Shown piece after piece: positions 57,019 through 64,000 of a DNA stretch of 64,000 nucleotides (position 1 is the stretch's first letter; each line of letters opens with the position of its first letter). The position numbers were made by a program, and so were the translations under genes. The stretch spans positions 4,092,001 through 4,156,000 of the forward strand of contig JAYWIR010000009.1 of the NCBI GenBank assembly GCA_036172245.1, given 5' to 3'. The stretch comes from Raillietiella orientalis. Taxonomy: Eukaryota. Under the pieces are notes generated by a model, which saw only the letters and a program-made list of their open reading frames with translations, did not search any database and was not told the DNA's origin.

Positions 57019-60000
57019 AGTTGCAGTTTATTTTTTAAAAAAGGTCATGAAATATGCATGAAAAAAAAAAAAAAACTTTTAAACATATGAGGGCTTCAAA
57101 ATTATTGACTTAAGTTCGAAACAAAAATTTCTGCCTTTTAGAAAGAGAAACTGCTCCATGTACCTCAATCACGAAGAAGGGTCATCCTGACCAGAAAATG
57201 AAAACTGAAATCTGATTCTGTACATCCCGATAACCTCATTGCTTTATAATGTGAGAAATTTCGAGGGAAAAAAAGGAAAAACGAGATATTATGTACTGGA
57301 CCATGATCACGAAGAATGTTGTAACGTTGACATACATGAGCACAAGGAAATATAAAATCATATAACAGTTTTGGGCAGAAAATGCTGCTTTCAAACTCAA
57401 CCCCCAAGTAAATAAATACAGTTTACTAATCTTCAAATATTGAACTATCATCACATCAAAATATCAGATACTGCTGACAAACAGCATCTTGAATCAGTGA
57501 ACTATCCTACACATCCCATTCATTTTTAATACAAATAGGAATACAATAAAATAACTAGGTCAACATTCAAAGCCACATGATCAATGCACTGCAGATTGAT
57601 AGCTGGCTCACTCCTATTTATGAGAGGAAAAAACTAATGAAAAAGAAAGGCATTAAGAACATTTCTCGGTAACAAAATTTTTCATTTTCCTCACATCTCC
57701 AGAATGATTCGTTTGGATTAAAAGTATGCATCAAAACAAAACAAAACAAAAAAATCTGGGGTGACATCATTTCCCAATGTGCAGTTAATAATTAATTCTA
57801 AACAACAGCTTTGGCAAATTTTTATGAAGCGCATTTAATGTTGCTGGGAGATGGTAAGGTAAGGGATCAAAGAACACATTCTATCTTTGCTTCACAAAAC
57901 AAAAAACAAAAAAAAGTGACAGAGGAAGCAGAAGATTCCATCACATTGTCATAAAACTAAATAAGTAATTGTAAATAAACCAACAGGAATTGTTTAAAAC
58001 AACCCTAAAGATACACATTAAAACAATACAAAGCTAGAAATTTCCGTGGAAATTTTTTAAAAACTATGTACTTAAGCACTCATGAAAATTTTAAAATTCA
58101 CAGCACTGAAAGATATTCACCCTGATGATGAAACTGAGTAACATCATACAGAAAATTTTATGAGTTTTATGTAATCACAATGAGATAAAAACTGAATAAC
58201 ATTCCTACTGTTTTCAATCCAACCAACCATCAAAACATAACTGTAGAAAAATACAATTCCTGTATTAATCTAAAAAATAATGGAGAAACTGTGTTCTTGC
58301 TAATGTATTACTTATGGTCTTTTCTAGTTTATTAAATTTCTTCAAAATGCACATATTACATGATTCAAGTTTATTTATTCTAATATCTAACATAACATCA
58401 GTTGAACAACTCTTAGTAATTGCAATTACAAAAGCAAATCACAAACACTGCATTTTTATTAATGTTGGAAGCATACAATTTGGAAAGAAAAATGCTTGAA
58501 ACATATATAAAAGCTCTATCGTGCGAGTGAAAAAATAATTTCGATGCCTTTTTTCAACTGTTTGAATACCATCAAATTATCTTGATGTTTTCTTCTACTT
58601 GATATAATCTAAATATGTTAAAAAGAACTAAAGCATTAACTACTAAATAATATTCATCCATTGGTCGACTTGTAAAAAAAACGACTTGGGTTTAAGCACG
58701 ACTCAAATGTGCATTACGGAATGAAACATTTTCAAGATCAGAAGCAGAATTTCCATATTAATGTGCGATGGCATAATACATGAAATATACAAACAGCATG
58801 TATATCATACCTGAAAATAATACTCTCAACTAAGTGGCAACTGATTAAAACAAAATTCATGCTTTCTTCCCATTTTATGGGTGCATATCCATTAACTCAA
58901 CAGAGTAATGTAGCTTTCAAAGAAAACAAGGAACCATAACATATAATGAAACTACAATTTTTTTTATTTCGTGGATCTGTTATTTCCTGACAGTCTACTT
59001 CATATCTTTGACATATTGCATGATGACTAACCAATTCATTTTTCGAAAATCGAAAACTAAGTTACTGAACAGTTAAAGAAAACCTAAGTGCTTTCCAGCA
59101 GCTTATCTTGTTTCCTTTACACACAAAGAAATAGAATCTAAACTTGAAATTACTAATTTCAATAATGTAAGGTCATGACTTGAAAAATTCTTTGTTTAAC
59201 CAGCAAAAAGGCTATTTTTCAGTTGAATCAGCAAAACTTTCAAACACCTACATGAAAAATTATAAGCATTGTAACACCTCAGTATGCACAAAGCAAGGAA
59301 ATTACAAATTACGTCACGCAGTAAACCACGATTTGCACTTCAAAGAAAATTAGCTTTTCAATTTCATGAACTAAATATTCAATAGAATGAATTACTTCAA
59401 AACATGCAATAAATTATTGAAAATGAAAAAGTTACCTTTGCAAAAGCAAGGCCATTCTTTGGAGCCAAAATGAGTGGATTTTTTTTCCGACTGTTTTTTT
59501 GCATCCTCAAGAAAGATATTGCATTTATGGAAAGGATTTCTCTTGTTGAAACTGTGTTCACCATTAATTGATAACTTTTTCTAAAAACGAAATTTAGAAT
59601 ACGTACAAAACACAAAGTACAATAAAAACAATATAAACAATTCTTTCATATGTTCTAATGGATACATTTAGGATGAAACAACCACTGATTGCAGATAGCA
59701 AAACAATCAAAACAGATAGGTACTAATAAGTATGAAACATTGAATTCCAAAACATCATTTCAGAACTTAAAACGATTACCGAAATTATAAAGCAGAAATT
59801 TAGATTTAAAAAAAGATATACAAAGACACTTGAATTCCAAAAGACATTAATTTCTAAATTTTCATAAAACCTAAGGGGCGTAAACAATTTTTGACAGCAT
59901 CAGTTGAAACAAATATTAGTTACAAAAGATATAACAGACTATGAAATCCCCAATCAAAACTGAAAATTCGAATGCATACATTGACACTTAAACTAAAAGA

Positions 60001-60579
60001 TTCTCTATAAAAAGTTCGAGTTCCCAAGGCAACTTTTCCAAACTTATACTAAATGTGCCCATCATTTTAAAAAGCTATATCAAGGCCTATTTATACAGTC
60101 ATTAAAATACTGCAAATAATTTAATAAATTATATAAGAAATTCTGACACATACTTGCATCTGATGAAAACTCCCTTAAGCAAATATATACACTGTACCTT
60201 TGCATATACTTTATAAGCTGATAGATGTGATTTGTAAAACGGGTATTTTTAAATATGTGATTAGGAAATACTGTTATTTAAGCAACTTATCTCAAAAACT
60301 TTACAAAAGAAGCAATTATGAATTCAACAATTATCTGTTACTATAAACAGGAAATTTAAGAAACGCTTTACACAAAACAAGGAAATGATTAATTTGGCAC
60401 AATATATAATCCAACTTACAATATGCTGCAATATACTTTTAACGTATTGTAGCAAAACAACTAGATCAATAAGCAAAATCATTTTGTACCAACAGATCAA
60501 ACTAAAGTATGTTCTGATGTTTTGATTCAGAACACTTTTGCTCTAACTTATGCTTTTTAGGTGATACACAGAATCTTAC

Positions 60580-60851
60580 CGATGTCACGAAATTTTGCAT
60601 CGCTGAAGAACTTCGCACCTTTACTGAAGCACCATATTTTAAAAAATTCGATGAATGTTTTGCCGAGCTTTTAGGTGTGCTTGTGACATACTCTAAAACC
60701 ACAAGTCACACTCAATTCAATTCCAATTGAATATACAACCTTCAGCAAAAGGCTTAAAGCTATTTGCTGAGATCTCTGAATCCTCAAAAAGATGTCGGAA
60801 ACGACGCCATCGAGTGAAGCTTAGATCAGAATCTAATGCTGATGACATAGG
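60580..60851 (-). CDS. MAST: Two candidate 5' MAST exons (60851-60740 and 60692-60580) separated by a 47-nt intron
   Basis: GT-AG boundaries, open frame (P)MSSALDSDLSFTRWRRFRHLFEDSE...EYVTSTPKSS...NFVTS|gtaaga, locally higher GC than the surrounding intron, ATG at 60848, phase-0 end compatible with exon 54571. No homology recognised. Confidence 0.55.
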
Positions 60852-63800
60852 CTAAAAACATGTTAGGAATAATTTTATTTGCTCCTTTGCAACTGAAATA
60901 TGCTAACAAAGTAAACAGGGAATGATTTTAGAAAACACATGACTTACCTAAAACTAAATGATACCTTGAACTATGAAATCTGTTCTGAGAATTCACATGC
61001 AAATATTGAATTCCAGAAATTTTTTTAGCATCATATGAGACTTGTGATACAAAATCACAAGACACTTTGTGATGCACTCAATGGTTACATTTATTCCTAT
61101 ATCCATGACATTGTAATTGTAACTGCAATTCTACATTCATAAGGTGGCACAAAATCTTGTGTTAAAAGTAACAAATTTTAGGGGCAATAATAGATTCAAT
61201 GAATTTGAAATGGGACTTTTTTGAAAGTGCCTAGCTAGTTGCAAGTCAACACATCTAAGGCTGATACATTAAAAGTCTTGCAAGTAGATCTCTGCTTAAA
61301 GAGAAAAACAGGTCAAAGTAAAATTAGTAAAAATCCTCATGGAATTATGGATTTATGAAATGGGCGATCAATTTACTCCATTTAATAGAAAAACTTCTGA
61401 ACAATGACAGTCACTATATCTGCTAGGTTACAAAATAAAAATTCATAGCAAACATAAGATGCAATAAGTACAAGATAACAAAACCACCTAAGACATTTTT
61501 ACTCAAAAGATTTGAATAGATCAAAGATCAAGCATAAATTATGGCTGCTACAAATTATCAATTCTTCAGCATGAGCAATGCAAACAAATTGGAAACTATT
61601 TTTTTAACATATAAACTCAGGAGCACCAAGTAAGATATTAATTAAATAGCATTCCTCGTGCACCCAAATGGAAAGTATCACAATTTTTTATTCCACCATA
61701 AAAATCCTTGCAGTGATCCTTATGTCCCAATCAAACTGAGTCTGAAAGATCTGGTCATATTAGCTCACACACTAATCTGCAAAAACAATACAGAAGAACC
61801 AAGAAATTAATAGGATCTTTTATGATTAACGATTTGTTCCATCTCATGACTCTGTGAATTATGCTGCATCATTCTCAATTTTGTTCATGAAAGGTACTCA
61901 ATATTTTAAGAAATGAAATTCAACATGTCATTCAGTCAAATAAATTGATCAAACACTACATCATGTACCTTAACCACATCAAATTTCCTACTGAGGCGAA
62001 TAACTGAAAAGTTTCGAGATAAACAGCAATAGAAAAATTAAGAATACAGACAAATATAAATACTCATGGAAACAACATCACTACTGCTGGAATAATTTAA
62101 TAATCAGATGCAATAGAGCATTCTGTTCTGGATCTTCATTACAAAATAAATAAAAACATAGCATCTACAATAATACATTATATCAGTGAATTCACACAGT
62201 CAACTTTCTACAAATAGCATACTGAAATGTAGTTCAGCTGCAAAACCTGTTTTTATTTTAACCTCATTCAAAAAAATATGATCTATTTACTCATTTTCAG
62301 AAACGATTCCTTGATCTTGTATCATGACTTTCCAAGCATTTTCCTTATGCCCTTAACAAATATTATCTCACAATGCTTTGTTTCTTTTGTTCAGGATTAA
62401 TTTGTATCATTAAAGGAAACAGAAAAAATAAATAACAAAATTATAGTATTTGTATCCACCAACAAGGCAGTTTTGAATGACATCTTTTTTTCATTCATTC
62501 AACATTTCAGTACAACATAGTAAAAACAGAACATATCAAATAGAAAAAAATGAGTAATGTACACACATTATAGAGGCATCAAAAAAACTAGTTACTAAAA
62601 TGTCGAACAGTTGTATTAGAAAGAAAACGTATCTACTCTCTAACATAAAAATGAACATGAAGAAAATAACCAAATGAACATTACCAAAATAAGTCATTTC
62701 TACATAATGTCAAATTGGCATATGGTCAGGCAGCTTTTTCAGTCACACTGCTTTGACTCCAGATGAACAGTAAGAACATCCATTTTGCAGAGCTTACGTA
62801 TCCCTACAAAACAGTAGATTTGTTTAAGTTTTATGCATGTATCAAGCCAAGAAAATTTTATCAGTACAGTGTTTTTTAAAAATTAAAGGATTGCTTCATA
62901 TCTGATGCCTGCTTATATTTGATGAGCATATTTTTTTTCGCTGATTACATTATGCTGAAAGTTTGCAACTACTAAATACAAGTACTGAATACAAATATAA
63001 CTTTAAAATTGTAAAAGCATCTCTGTGAGCAAAAATCACCTGTTAAATCTGAAATACAATGACAAAAATAGATTAAAAAGCATTTGCACTGAACATCTTG
63101 CAACTGCAAAGTACTTGAAAATTTCTATTGGATTCAAAATTCAGATTATTTCTATTTATAAAACTCGAAAACAAATAGTAAGTGAAATAACATATAGTCT
63201 ACATATATAATGTATATTCTACAGAAGACAGACACTTCAAAATTTAGTAAATGTACTTTCACATATTTCAAATTAATGAACACAAATCATACAGAACGTG
63301 AATGAAATGGAAAACAGAAATACTTCAGTAAAAAATACTTATACAAGCTACTTTCAAAACAGTGGATCACCTTAAGTAACGATTATATTGTGAACTTTCA
63401 TTTATGGAATTCCTCATCTTTGTTTATACTAACACTTCCCCAAAAACTCGAAAAATCCTATAAAAAAAAAATGATCTTGCACAGTTACTTAGAAAACTTA
63501 AATGTGTCTTTCAAATAAAATGTTTCCCACTTTATACATGTCATATCATGTCACCAGCAGGTTCACATGAAGCTTTCAAGTACGTATAAATATGCTTTCT
63601 AAAATGTAGCTTGAAATTTGTAGCAAACAATGTTTCCAAAAATGAACAACTTCTTGAGATTTAGTCAATAATGATATTACATAAAAAAGATTTAAAATCT
63701 TCCAAACCACTTTTTTCTTTTGATGAAATTACTCATTACCAGAGCAATCATTGTAATTTCGTTTCAGTCTACAGATTTTTTAGAAAAAGATTTTAATTTT

Positions 63801-64000
63801 TTGTACACTCTTTGCATCAACAACAAAAATAAACATAAAAGACGGAATTAATTGAAACTACAATGAATGAATGTTAATCAGAATTTACCACCTCTCAAGC
63901 AGACAGAAAATACATCGATGGAAAATTCTTACGATTGCTAAAATACTTTAGAACAATAAAAATTCTTCAATTACAAAACAAAAATTCGATAAAATTAAAG

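Overview
Animal (probably protostome invertebrate) genomic DNA with two sharply different compositional domains. About 1-43.9 kb is very GC- and CpG-rich. It holds one complete GATA1/2/3-class (grain-like) transcription factor gene on the minus strand (5 coding exons, 28816-33035). It also holds the first coding exon of a second, apparently tandem GATA1/2/3 paralogue (3729-3990, minus; remainder probably beyond the window start), many heavily decayed retroelement fragments, and a recognisable degenerate L1/Tx1-like LINE (~37.75-41.8 kb). From ~44 kb the DNA becomes AT-rich and CpG-poor and holds two convergent housekeeping genes with mostly 41-61 nt introns: Sec61 alpha (plus, 8 exons, 476 aa) and a MAST kinase (minus, DUF1908-kinase-PDZ, one GC-AG intron). 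Most long ORFs in the GC-rich part are compositional artefacts. The most notable observations are the tandem GATA123 pair, decayed zinc-finger exon copies inside the last GATA intron, apparent AT-to-GC decay of relic sequences, and a small repeated GT...AG hairpin element in and after the LINE. All family assignments are from motif recognition by eye; no searches were run.
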